The notes under the pieces are model-generated. The model was not told where the DNA came from. It saw only the letters and a list, made by a program, of their open reading frames with translations, and did no database searches. Below, piece after piece: positions 23,787 through 31,983 of a stretch of DNA of 32,000 nucleotides. The DNA comes from an uncultured bacterium (GTDB lineage Bacteria; Auribacterota; JACPWU01), in assembly GCA_964640155.1 (NCBI GenBank), contig CAZXEQ010000005.1:120001-152000 (forward strand). Reading direction: 5' to 3'. The position numbers were made by a program, and so were the translations under genes. Positions within the stretch are counted from its first letter, which is position 1. Each line of letters begins with the position of its first letter.

Positions 23787-24305
23787 TTACACCTTTTGCT
23801 TCAGTGTACTCAAGACTTCTTCATAATTTGGTTCATGAGTCACTTCTTTAACAATCTGAATATAAGAGATTTTGTCATTAGCATCGATGATGACAATCGC
23901 TCGGGTCAAAAGACGTAACTCTTTGATCAAAAGACCATAGGCTTGACCAAAAGAAAGATCTCGATGATCGGAAAGAAATTTGATTCGATCAGCTTTTGCT
24001 ACACCACACCAACGGGCTTGAGCAAATGGCAAATCGCAACTAACGGTATAAACTTGAATATTGGAAGGGAAATTAGCTGCTTCCTGATTAAAACGCTTGG
24101 TTTGAATATCGCAAACCGGTGTATCTAATGAAGGAACTACATTTAAAAGACGTGTTTTACCTTTTGAGCTAGCTAAGGTGACCGGTGAAAGATCATTACC
24201 TAACAATTGAAATTCTGGTGCTTTATCTCCCACTTTGAGCTCTGGACCTACAAGCGTCAAGGGGCCTCCTTTAAAAGTCACGGCTGCTTTTCGTTCTTGA
24301 GACAT
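23787..24305 (-). CDS. tpx: thiol peroxidase (atypical 2-Cys peroxiredoxin)
   Basis: VVPSLDTPVCD peroxidatic-Cys motif, a second Cys in ARWCG, and the length (172 aa). A strong GGAGG RBS precedes ATG 24305. Confidence 0.9.
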   Translation of the reverse strand: MSQERKAAVTFKGGPLTLVGPELKVGDKAPEFQLLGNDLSPVTLASSKGKTRLLNVVPSLDTPVCDIQTKRFNQEAANFPSNIQVYTVSCDLPFAQARWCGVAKADRIKFLSDHRDLSFGQAYGLLIKELRLLTRAIVIIDANDKISYIQIVKEVTHEPNYEEVLSTLKQKV

Positions 24306-24422
24306 AAAATCCTCCTGTTAAATTTTTTCATCTTTAAGGCAGGAAAGTTATCATAATAAGCGGCGTCCAATCAAGGAAAATTGAAGAGATGCAGATCCTA
24401 TGCCTTAAATGCGATTTTCCCG

Positions 24423-24451
24423 TGACAAACCTATCGCAAATGTGGTTAAAT
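24423..24451 (+). promoter_or_regulatory. candidate sigma70-type promoter for the bactofilin genes
   Basis: TGACAA (24423-28), a 17-nt spacer, then TTAAAT (24446-51) preceded by TGG (extended -10-like TGn). It lies about 58 nt upstream of ATG 24509. Confidence 0.3.
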
Positions 24452-24508
24452 TCGAAAAGTACTTACAAGCTTATCTATTATGAACATCAAAGAAGGAGTT
24501 CGCGCTTT

Positions 24509-24907
24509 ATGAATCCAGCAATCGAAAATAGTTTAAGTTCTGATGTTGAGATCAAAGGAACACTTAAATCCAGCAACGCATTAAAATTTGACGGAAAAAT
24601 CGAAGGACAGGTTATTGCTGAAGGTCGCTTCACCTTAGGGTCTTCTGGAGAAGTTAAAGGAGATATTCAGGCTCAGCATGTGATCGTTCAAGGAAAAGTT
24701 ACTGGCAACATCTCTGCCTCAGACAAAGTTGAGCTTAAAAGTAATGCACAACTTCAAGGCGACATTAAAGCTGCCCGTTTGGTGATTGAGGAAGGCGTTT
24801 CATTCTCGGGTCGTTCTGAAATCAATCCCGATGGAAAGAAAATGAGCGACGTCGTTTCTAAGCTTGGGAAAAATGCATCTCATAGCGAGCTTGTAGAAAA
24901 GAGATAA
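24509..24907 (+). CDS. bactofilin (polymer-forming cytoskeletal protein, DUF583)
   Basis: The beta-helical repeat pattern EIKGTLKSSNALKFDGKIEGQVIAEGRFTLGSSGEVKGDIQAQHVIVQGKVTGNISASDKVELKSNAQLQGDIKAARLVIEEGVSFSG is classic bactofilin. The ATG at 24509 has GGAG 10 nt upstream. The ORF-track start at 24389 would read through the likely promoter. Confidence 0.85.
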   Translation: MNPAIENSLSSDVEIKGTLKSSNALKFDGKIEGQVIAEGRFTLGSSGEVKGDIQAQHVIVQGKVTGNISASDKVELKSNAQLQGDIKAARLVIEEGVSFSGRSEINPDGKKMSDVVSKLGKNASHSELVEKR

Positions 24908-24918
24908 ACAATAGTTTC

Positions 24919-25037
24919 CCAGTTCGCCGGTTTTCCGGTTAGCCAGTTTCCTGTAAATAGCAATACGGTTTAACTTAATGTGCGCAGGTAGACAGATCTG
25001 TTTGTTTACTGGTCAACTTGGAGAACTGGTAAACCGG
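24919..25037. repeat. octamer word array and its inverted counterpart in the inter-bactofilin spacer
   Basis: CCAGTTCG CCGGTTTT CCGGTTAG CCAGTTTC (24919-24950, four 8-mers in phase). Inverted related words ACTGG / AACTGG / AAACCGG lie at 25008-25037. A central perfect palindrome ACAGATCTGT lies at 24992-25001. Confidence 0.55.
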
Positions 25038-25047
25038 ACAACTAAAA

Positions 25048-26271
25048 ATGAAAACAGCCCCTGAATCAAAACCCCGCTCAAAAAAAGTGATCGGGAAAAC
25101 GGTTCCTCTGATTTGCCCTGGATGTCAGCATGAACAACAAACACGCCCAGACAGTATCTCTGCCTATTGCGAGAAATGTCGCAACCCCATAGATATTCAA
25201 CAAGCGCTACATCCTAAAGTTAAAGCAACCAAAACAGCGGAAAAAAAAGTTTCTCTCACTTGTCCGTCTTGTGAACATGTTCAGGATGTACGTCCCGATG
25301 GGGTATCTATTTTTTGTAAGAAATGTCATAATTCGATTGATATTCAGGAAACTTTACATCCCAAGGTCAAAGCAAAGAAAGTTCTAAAAAAAACTGTTCT
25401 CTTAATTTGCCCCGGATGTCAACATGAACAACCTGTTCAACCCGATGGCGTATCTATCTTTTGCAAGAGCTGCCATAATTCGATTGATATTCAAGAAGTT
25501 CTGCATCCAAAACCCAAAACACGTAAAACCATTAAAAACACCGTCCCCCTCATTTGCCCTTCTTGCCAGCATGAGCAGCCCGTTCAACCCGATGGCGTTT
25601 CTATTTTTTGTAAAAAATGTCACGAGGCTATTGATATACAAAAGGTTTTACATCCCACTGCGAAAACGGAAGAAAAAGCAGTTGAAGGAAGAATCATCTC
25701 CTGTTTTAAATGTCATGTGGAGTTAACACCTGCTAGTAAAGCCCAATCCGTCTTATGCAAAAAATGTGGCTATCGAAATGATCTTCAAGATTATCATGTT
25801 AAATCCATGCTCAGTCGCGATCTTGAGACACATGGCATTCTAGAAGTAGCGCATGGAGGAACTGTTCTCAATTCTACTGTGAAGGTCAAAGAAGCCATCA
25901 TTGCAGGAAAATTTATTGGCAAACTCATATCTCCTCTGGTGACATTAAAATCAGGAACTCAATTTGAAGGTGGTATCAGAGCTGACCAATTGATTTTAGA
26001 ATCAGATGTGCAATGCCTCATCAAAAAAGAATTCCAAGTCAATCACATCGTTTTGACAGGCCTTTATCGTGGGAACATTCAAACAAGTCATGCTGTCGAA
26101 CTAAAACACGGTGCCTGTTTCATCGGAACATTGTCTGCCCATCAACTTACTGTCGAAGAGGGAGCCACGTTTATGGGAGACGTTAAGATTGAATCTACCC
26201 TCCCTCAAACTCCCGTACAAATCGTGCCAGAATCTTCACAGGTATTGACGACACCCCAGCAAGTGAATTAA
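25048..26271 (+). CDS. five-fold zinc-ribbon repeat protein with C-terminal bactofilin domain
   Basis: Five units of C-x2-C-x14-C-x2-C begin at C23, C72, C121, C170 and C219, an exact 49-aa period. A bactofilin-like beta-helix region follows at aa about 262-385 (GILEVAHGGTVLNSTVKVKEAIIAGKFIGKL...LTVEEGATFMGDVKIE). The tail is Pro/Gln-rich. No obvious RBS precedes ATG 25048. Confidence 0.8.
   Translation: MKTAPESKPRSKKVIGKTVPLICPGCQHEQQTRPDSISAYCEKCRNPIDIQQALHPKVKATKTAEKKVSLTCPSCEHVQDVRPDGVSIFCKKCHNSIDIQETLHPKVKAKKVLKKTVLLICPGCQHEQPVQPDGVSIFCKSCHNSIDIQEVLHPKPKTRKTIKNTVPLICPSCQHEQPVQPDGVSIFCKKCHEAIDIQKVLHPTAKTEEKAVEGRIISCFKCHVELTPASKAQSVLCKKCGYRNDLQDYHVKSMLSRDLETHGILEVAHGGTVLNSTVKVKEAIIAGKFIGKLISPLVTLKSGTQFEGGIRADQLILESDVQCLIKKEFQVNHIVLTGLYRGNIQTSHAVELKHGACFIGTLSAHQLTVEEGATFMGDVKIESTLPQTPVQIVPESSQVLTTPQQVN
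25081..25803 (+). repeat. intragenic tandem repeat, 5 x 147 nt (zinc-ribbon modules)
   Basis: The period is exactly 147 nt, measured from the Cys codons. Units 2-4 are most similar (PDGVSIFCK(K/S)CHNSIDIQE.LHPK). Unit 5 is degenerate. Copies differ mostly at synonymous or conservative positions. Confidence 0.85.
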
Positions 26272-26310
26272 ACTTAAAGTAACTTCTTACATTTCTCTTG
26301 AGTCCTGACT

Positions 26311-27618
26311 ATGGCCGACAAAAAAACATTTCTTCATTTGTTAAATCATTTTTTTGAAAGCGATCCTCAAAAAGCTGCTCGTCAACTTGAAATTTTGAGT
26401 TCAGAGGACGCCGCCGAAATTTTGAAGTCCATTCCTGTTTCCATCACATTTCAAATTTTTCAATGTTTAGAATCTCAACAGGCTTCCAAGATTTTACTTC
26501 AGTTTCCTCAAGAAATTATCAAAGAGATTTATGAGAAAATCCCAACTCGAAAAGCATCAGAAATTTTTTTACATCTTCCAGACGAAGAGAAGCAAAAACT
26601 CTTAGATAAACTTGATCCTGCTTCTCAAAAACAACTTCAAAAACACATCACTTATCCTGAAAATAGCGCTGCAAGAATCATGAATTCTGATTTTCTTGCA
26701 CTTCATTCTCAACTCAAAGTCAAAGAAGCCACTCAAAAAATCAGACTCTTACATAAAAAAGCTCCTGTCAATTATGTCTATGTCATTGATGATAATAACA
26801 AACTAGTAGGGGTTTTAAATATGCGCGACCTTTTACTAGCCAGTCCTGATTCGTCTTTAGAATCTGTGATGGTTCAAAATGTATTTTCTGTAAACGCCAT
26901 GATGGACAGAGAAGAAGTTGCTCTTCAAGTCTCTCAAAAAAGATTCCTTTCTATTCCTGTGGTTGACGGAGAAAATTATATTTTAGGAACGATTAAAACT
27001 AATGAGCTTTTGAATTATTCTCAGGAAGAAGCAACCGAAGACATTCAGAAAATGTTTGGTGCCGGTGGAGATGAACGTGTTTTTTCTTCTATTGGATTTG
27101 CCATCAAAAAGAGACTCCCCTGGCTTTATATTAATTTAGGAACAGCATTCTTAGCAGCTTTCGTCGTCGGCCTCTTTGAAAATATTATTGCTAAAATCAG
27201 TATTTTAGCCGTGTTCCTTCCCGTTGTTGCAGGACAAGGAGGAAATGCAGGGGCTCAAACTTTGGCCATTGTCATTCGTGGATTGGCCTTAAAAGAAATT
27301 TCACCTCGAGAAGCTAGAAAAGCCATTATAAAAGAAGGACTAATCGGAATCATCAATGGCATCGCTATCGGGATTGTTACTGCACTGATTGCAAGTTTCT
27401 GGGGGCAAAATCCGTTTCTTGGACTGGTGATTGGAATGGCTATGATCGTCAATCTCCTTGCGGCAGGAATCTCTGGAGCCGTTATTCCCCTAGCCATGAA
27501 ATCTGTTGGATTTGACCCTGCTCAATCCTCCAGCATTATTCTTACCACGGTTACTGATGTAATTGGCTTTGCTTCTTTCTTAGGATTCGCTGTAATTTTT
27601 CAAAGCTATCTGGTCTGA
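26311..27618 (+). CDS. mgtE: magnesium transporter MgtE
   Basis: MgtE N-domain, a CBS pair (VYVIDDNNKLVGVLNMRDLL; IPVVDGENYILGTIK) and a TM domain with PVVAGQGGNAGAQTLAIVIRGLAL. 435 aa. Confidence 0.9.
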   Translation: MADKKTFLHLLNHFFESDPQKAARQLEILSSEDAAEILKSIPVSITFQIFQCLESQQASKILLQFPQEIIKEIYEKIPTRKASEIFLHLPDEEKQKLLDKLDPASQKQLQKHITYPENSAARIMNSDFLALHSQLKVKEATQKIRLLHKKAPVNYVYVIDDNNKLVGVLNMRDLLLASPDSSLESVMVQNVFSVNAMMDREEVALQVSQKRFLSIPVVDGENYILGTIKTNELLNYSQEEATEDIQKMFGAGGDERVFSSIGFAIKKRLPWLYINLGTAFLAAFVVGLFENIIAKISILAVFLPVVAGQGGNAGAQTLAIVIRGLALKEISPREARKAIIKEGLIGIINGIAIGIVTALIASFWGQNPFLGLVIGMAMIVNLLAAGISGAVIPLAMKSVGFDPAQSSSIILTTVTDVIGFASFLGFAVIFQSYLV

Positions 27619-30600
27619 TCATGCTGCAGTTTCAACTTCTGTATCTCTTACAACTTCTATTCTTCGGGCTCTCAAACTTTCCACCCTAAGAATTTCTTCT
27701 CTAACTCTTCTTAAAATTTCTTCTATTGAATCTGTCGCCTCTGGAAAACCTTGTCGTATACTTCTAATTTTCCCATCTAAAGCTTCTTCATCAACTTCAT
27801 TAAATCGTTCTAGCAAACGAAGTGCTAATTGATGTATTAATTCTTTTAAAAATTCTTCTCTCTCTTCACTAACCATTGCATCTGCTTGCTTAGCACCTTC
27901 TGCTATCGCCCCTGCAAAGTCAAAAGATCCTCCTATATGTTCAAAAGGCTTTAATAACTGTCTGATTCTCCATTTAACAGAATTTTCCTTTGGTTTCTTA
28001 GCAACAATCAAATAAACATCGTCTATCAATTTATCTTGCTTGTAAAAACTCCACCATTGACTTTTTGGATAATCTTCTGGAATTCTCTCTCCTACAAACA
28101 TTTTAATTTCATACCCCTGCATTTCTAACCATGTCAAAGCCTGTAAAGGGCTTTTAATAATATCTATTTGAGCAATTAACAAGTTTCCCCCAGGTTTAAG
28201 TAAACGATCGTACTCTGTCAAAATTTTAGAATAGTCTTCTGGTTCCTCATCTTCATCTCTTCTCAAATCAATAAAGGATTCATTTATTAAATCTAGCGTT
28301 CCCTCTCGGGGGTAACGAGGATCTGATTGATTTTGAATAACTGTCAAATCTTCCCAATATCTCTGAGGAGGATCTTCAAAATAAACCATTGGACCGCTTA
28401 ACTCTGTTCCCATGACTACAGCATCTTCAGCAAGCCAAACAGGTCGAGTTGCCGGATCTAACAGACGTCGCATCCAAATTCCTTTACCTGTTGCAACATC
28501 CAAAACCGAGTGAATCGCTCCAACGCCTAATATTTCAGATAATTTTTGGCGAGGAAGCAAAGCAACTTGAGTAGCTACTCTTTCTATTTCTGTCTGAGCA
28601 TCAACTCGAGCTGATGCTAAAACAGGATACTTTCTCTCCATTTCTTTTCCACTGATCCATCGCATCAATCGACGCATGGCACCACGAAGATAATCATAAT
28701 TGTCTAACTCAAGAAAATGACTATCCCAAACTCGATGAATGGCAATTTCATAAGCTGCTCTCTCATCTATTTGGTTTAAATACGTTAAACTCAACATTAA
28801 ATATTGATGAAAAATATAATCCGCTAATTCTTCGATTGCCTGTATTTGATCAAAGCCACTGTATTGCTTTACAAGATGCTCATAAACCTCCTGCGCAATA
28901 TAAACAGTAGGTCTTTTACCATCTGATCCCAAATCATAATAGCCACCCAAAACCAAACCTGGAATCACAACCACTCGAACATTCTCAAATCCTAAATGCT
29001 GAGGAGCTACTCCAAACCGTTCTCTAAACTCTTTTTGAAATTCGGCATCTCTTTTTTGAAATGGATAATCTCCCAATAAAATCTTTTTAGCTCCCATAAC
29101 AAATTCTTCTAATGTTATATCTTTCGCTGTTCCATCCCTAAAGGTAGCTCCAATTACAGAATCCATTTCCAAACTTTTAACTTCTTCGCCTGTGTAAGAT
29201 ATAAAGGTTAGACTTTTACTATTGTGAACCACATCTAAACCACCTGTCGTCTCAGATTCTATTTCAGTACTCAATTTTAACTGAGCTAGTTTTGTCAATA
29301 TCGTGTACCCTTCCGGACTTTCAGTGAAGGCCTGTTCCTGAGGATCTAAAAACTCATAAGGACCAATGACACTTACCCTTTCCATCTGATCTGGTGTTAA
29401 TCTAAAAACAGGATCTTGGAATGTAGCTACTAATAATCGTGCTGTAAGAATCAAATCATCATGTTCTAATTTTCTAAATTCCTCCGGTGTAAGAGGATGA
29501 TCAATACCTCTTCTTCTACGAATAGCTACACTATCTTTTACCCCAGGCACCATCATGACACCTGTTGGAATCCCTGATATAAAATGAATACGGATTCGTT
29601 CAAAACCACTTCTTTCTAATTCAGAGATAATTCCAGCTGTTTTCTCAATCATACGATGACTAATAGAAACAGTCTGATCTCTTATATTTCTAGCAATTGC
29701 TGGAGCATGAACCCATTGCACGGAGTGATCCATTAAAAAAGTCATCGCTATTGCAACTTCGCTATATTCTGGAGCTAAAGGAGTATTCATAGCTACACTA
29801 TGTTGAACAGCATTCACCGCATAGTTTGCTAAATCAGTCTGTATAACAGAAGACAGTGTCATAGCCGCATCAGACCATGACAATGTTTCTAATTTAACAT
29901 CTTTTACTTGTTGATCTTCAGGCAGTTCAGAAGTGATAAGTAGATTGTCGGCTGCGTGAGCTGGTGCGTATACTCGAAATTGAGCATTATCTAAACGTGC
30001 TTTTACAAAATCTAATCTATCTCGATCATCCATGGCCACACTATTGCCTAAAATAAAAGACATCATCCCCAAATCTTGTCCATGTCCAAAAATTAGTAAT
30101 TTCTGTCCCTGATGCCGAGCTTCAAGTTGCTCATAAACATGTTCTGATCGTCTTAAGGCTTCAATTCCAGATTCAGAAACACCAGGAGCCTCCACTCCAA
30201 AGTCTTCACCAGAATTAAAACGCTCATATAACTCTGGATTTGTCTGACCGCATTCTTCTTTAGTCTTACCACTCCAGTCTCCCCATGCCATTTCTTTTAA
30301 ATTCGGTTCTATGTGAATGGGAAGTTCTACGCCTACCCTTTCTCTGACCAAATCCTGAAAAACTTGTGCTGTTGCATACGCACAATTTAAAGGACTGGAG
30401 TAAATAATAGGCAAGCGGCCCGCACGAATATCTTTTTCATATTTGAAGTATAAATTCTCTGCAATTTGTTTGGCCTGCTGTTGACCTACATCATTTAGAG
30501 AAATATCCACTCCCCCTGGATAACGATTCTCTATATTCCAATCTGTCTGACCATGAGGAATCAAAGTATAACTATTATTGGCCTTAAATCCAAAATTAGC

Positions 30601-31983
30601 TCCGGGCCTTAATCCCCCTGTATTAGGATCAAAAATAAAACGTTTATTTAGTCGAATTTGATCTAAAAACTCACCCGCCTCTATAATACCTTCAAGGTCT
30701 AAAACAAATTTTCCAAAATCTATGATTTCTCTAATCAATATTTTGGCATCCTCTTTTGCTAAATCAGACTCTAGTTTTCTGATCTTATCTGCTGTCTGTT
30801 TGTCGAGAGGCAGAAACTCATGAACCATTTCATGTGAAAAACCTGTAAAGAAAAGGGCTTGGCGATGGAGAGGATCAGAAATATTTAAAAGTCCAAGCAA
30901 ATTGCAATAAACTTTGGCAGGTTTTTTGGATTCTTCAGAATCTTTATCGGATGAACCCCGATCTCTTTCGTGATTTCCAAAAAGGGTTTTATATCTTTTG
31001 TCTTTAACATCAGAGCCAAATGCAAGTTCTATTGGACCATTGAGATCTTTTCTACCTTTTAACTTCTCTCGATCTCGAATTGTCTTACTGAGTTTTTTAT
31101 AAAACTCCTCTCGAGTAGAGACTGGAGACTGGGAATCGGTAACAGTCAATCCCATCATCCTTTCAAACGCCTGAACCTTTGAATCACTCCCATCTGGGAG
31201 TTGAACCTCTCCATTTGTCATTGTGAATGTGATAGAACTCCCATCCAAAGCTTCATGGATCGCTTGCTCTTCTTTTTTTAAATCAGAAACTTTCAAACCC
31301 TCTCTGACTTCTGCACTGAAATTAAAAACTTCCGTATTGGACAAAGCATTCTCAGCTGCGGACGGCAAATCTCTATCCTCCGCTTTATGAATATAGATTT
31401 GGGCCAACCATGCTCGATGCAATTTTAAAAGCAGTCTTCCAATATTCCACTTTAATTCCGTTCCTTGCTCCCTAATAGAAGGGAGTATCGTCTTATTATA
31501 TTCCCATCCTAAAACTTCGCTTAAAGCAACTTTGAAATCATCATAGTGTTGAATAACCTCTTCCATCGCATCAGCAAATTTAGCCTGATCTTCAACCTCT
31601 AATTCCCAAAGTAATCCTTTCAAGTCTGTAATCATTCTCGCTAACTGCTTATAAAACTCAGCGAGTTCAGGATTTTCTCGAGCTACTCTTTTATAAAGAT
31701 ACGGCCGATCATTTCTTTTTTTTGTATTCACTTGAGGATCTCTCTTTTGAGGAGCTTTCTGTTGAGCCTCACGTGAAAGTAATGTCAATTCATCACGAAT
31801 GTTTCTCAAACGTTGTTTAAGTTCTACTCCTTTTTTAAAATCTTGTGATTTTTCCAATTGATCAATTTCTAAAGAAAGCTGTTGGAATTCTACATATAAA
31901 TCCTCAGCTTTTTTCACCTCTTCAGCCGCCCACGGTTCTCCTTTCATTCCCAGAGGAGGATATTTTAAAAGAGGGTCAAACAT
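27619..31983 (-). CDS. 1454-aa multidomain protein (coiled-coil N- and C-termini, HExxH site, histidine-phosphatase-like domain, class I SAM methyltransferase domain)
   Basis: A single uninterrupted ORF with ATG at 31983. Its TGA stop directly abuts the mgtE stop (TGATCA). See the domain features below. Confidence 0.8.
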   Translation of the reverse strand: MFDPLLKYPPLGMKGEPWAAEEVKKAEDLYVEFQQLSLEIDQLEKSQDFKKGVELKQRLRNIRDELTLLSREAQQKAPQKRDPQVNTKKRNDRPYLYKRVARENPELAEFYKQLARMITDLKGLLWELEVEDQAKFADAMEEVIQHYDDFKVALSEVLGWEYNKTILPSIREQGTELKWNIGRLLLKLHRAWLAQIYIHKAEDRDLPSAAENALSNTEVFNFSAEVREGLKVSDLKKEEQAIHEALDGSSITFTMTNGEVQLPDGSDSKVQAFERMMGLTVTDSQSPVSTREEFYKKLSKTIRDREKLKGRKDLNGPIELAFGSDVKDKRYKTLFGNHERDRGSSDKDSEESKKPAKVYCNLLGLLNISDPLHRQALFFTGFSHEMVHEFLPLDKQTADKIRKLESDLAKEDAKILIREIIDFGKFVLDLEGIIEAGEFLDQIRLNKRFIFDPNTGGLRPGANFGFKANNSYTLIPHGQTDWNIENRYPGGVDISLNDVGQQQAKQIAENLYFKYEKDIRAGRLPIIYSSPLNCAYATAQVFQDLVRERVGVELPIHIEPNLKEMAWGDWSGKTKEECGQTNPELYERFNSGEDFGVEAPGVSESGIEALRRSEHVYEQLEARHQGQKLLIFGHGQDLGMMSFILGNSVAMDDRDRLDFVKARLDNAQFRVYAPAHAADNLLITSELPEDQQVKDVKLETLSWSDAAMTLSSVIQTDLANYAVNAVQHSVAMNTPLAPEYSEVAIAMTFLMDHSVQWVHAPAIARNIRDQTVSISHRMIEKTAGIISELERSGFERIRIHFISGIPTGVMMVPGVKDSVAIRRRRGIDHPLTPEEFRKLEHDDLILTARLLVATFQDPVFRLTPDQMERVSVIGPYEFLDPQEQAFTESPEGYTILTKLAQLKLSTEIESETTGGLDVVHNSKSLTFISYTGEEVKSLEMDSVIGATFRDGTAKDITLEEFVMGAKKILLGDYPFQKRDAEFQKEFRERFGVAPQHLGFENVRVVVIPGLVLGGYYDLGSDGKRPTVYIAQEVYEHLVKQYSGFDQIQAIEELADYIFHQYLMLSLTYLNQIDERAAYEIAIHRVWDSHFLELDNYDYLRGAMRRLMRWISGKEMERKYPVLASARVDAQTEIERVATQVALLPRQKLSEILGVGAIHSVLDVATGKGIWMRRLLDPATRPVWLAEDAVVMGTELSGPMVYFEDPPQRYWEDLTVIQNQSDPRYPREGTLDLINESFIDLRRDEDEEPEDYSKILTEYDRLLKPGGNLLIAQIDIIKSPLQALTWLEMQGYEIKMFVGERIPEDYPKSQWWSFYKQDKLIDDVYLIVAKKPKENSVKWRIRQLLKPFEHIGGSFDFAGAIAEGAKQADAMVSEEREEFLKELIHQLALRLLERFNEVDEEALDGKIRSIRQGFPEATDSIEEILRRVREEILRVESLRARRIEVVRDTEVETAA
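28084..28566 (-). other. class I SAM-dependent methyltransferase domain in the giant protein
   Basis: Motif I VLDVATGKG (aa 1160-1168) and downstream LLKPGGNLLI (aa 1261-1270), with spacing typical of Rossmann-fold methyltransferases. Confidence 0.65.
30004..30576 (-). other. histidine-phosphatase (phosphoglycerate-mutase-like) domain with both clamp arginines replaced
   Basis: YTLIPHGQTDWN (canonical RHGxTxWN, here P476-H477). IIYSSPLNCAYATAQ (canonical SPLxRAxxTA, here C534). LKEMAWGDWSGKT. LLIFGHGQDL (H634). Confidence 0.65.
30820..30834 (-). other. HExxH motif (H384-E-M-V-H388) in the giant protein
   Basis: FFTGFSHEMVHEFLP. This could be a zinc-metalloprotease site, but a lone HExxH occurs by chance at roughly the few-percent level in a protein this long. 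Confidence 0.3.

Noticed and set aside
23624-23851. 75-aa plus-strand ORF across repeat copy B, the tpx terminator and the tpx 3' end
   Set aside because: It is the translation of a structured repeat plus a terminator. The two repeat copies differ by changes that preserve a stem, not a reading frame.
24389-24508. 40-codon N-terminal extension of the first bactofilin (ORF-track start ATG 24389)
   Set aside because: There is no RBS, the extension is not bactofilin-like, and it would read through the candidate promoter. ATG 24509 has a GGAG at proper spacing.
25402-25726. 79-aa minus-strand and 100-aa plus-strand alternative-frame ORFs inside the zinc-ribbon repeat region; also considered whether the 147-nt periodicity could be a CRISPR-like array
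   Set aside because: The periodic units are in frame, encode conserved CxxC pairs and have no repeat/spacer alternation. The alternative-frame ORFs are by-products of the repetition.
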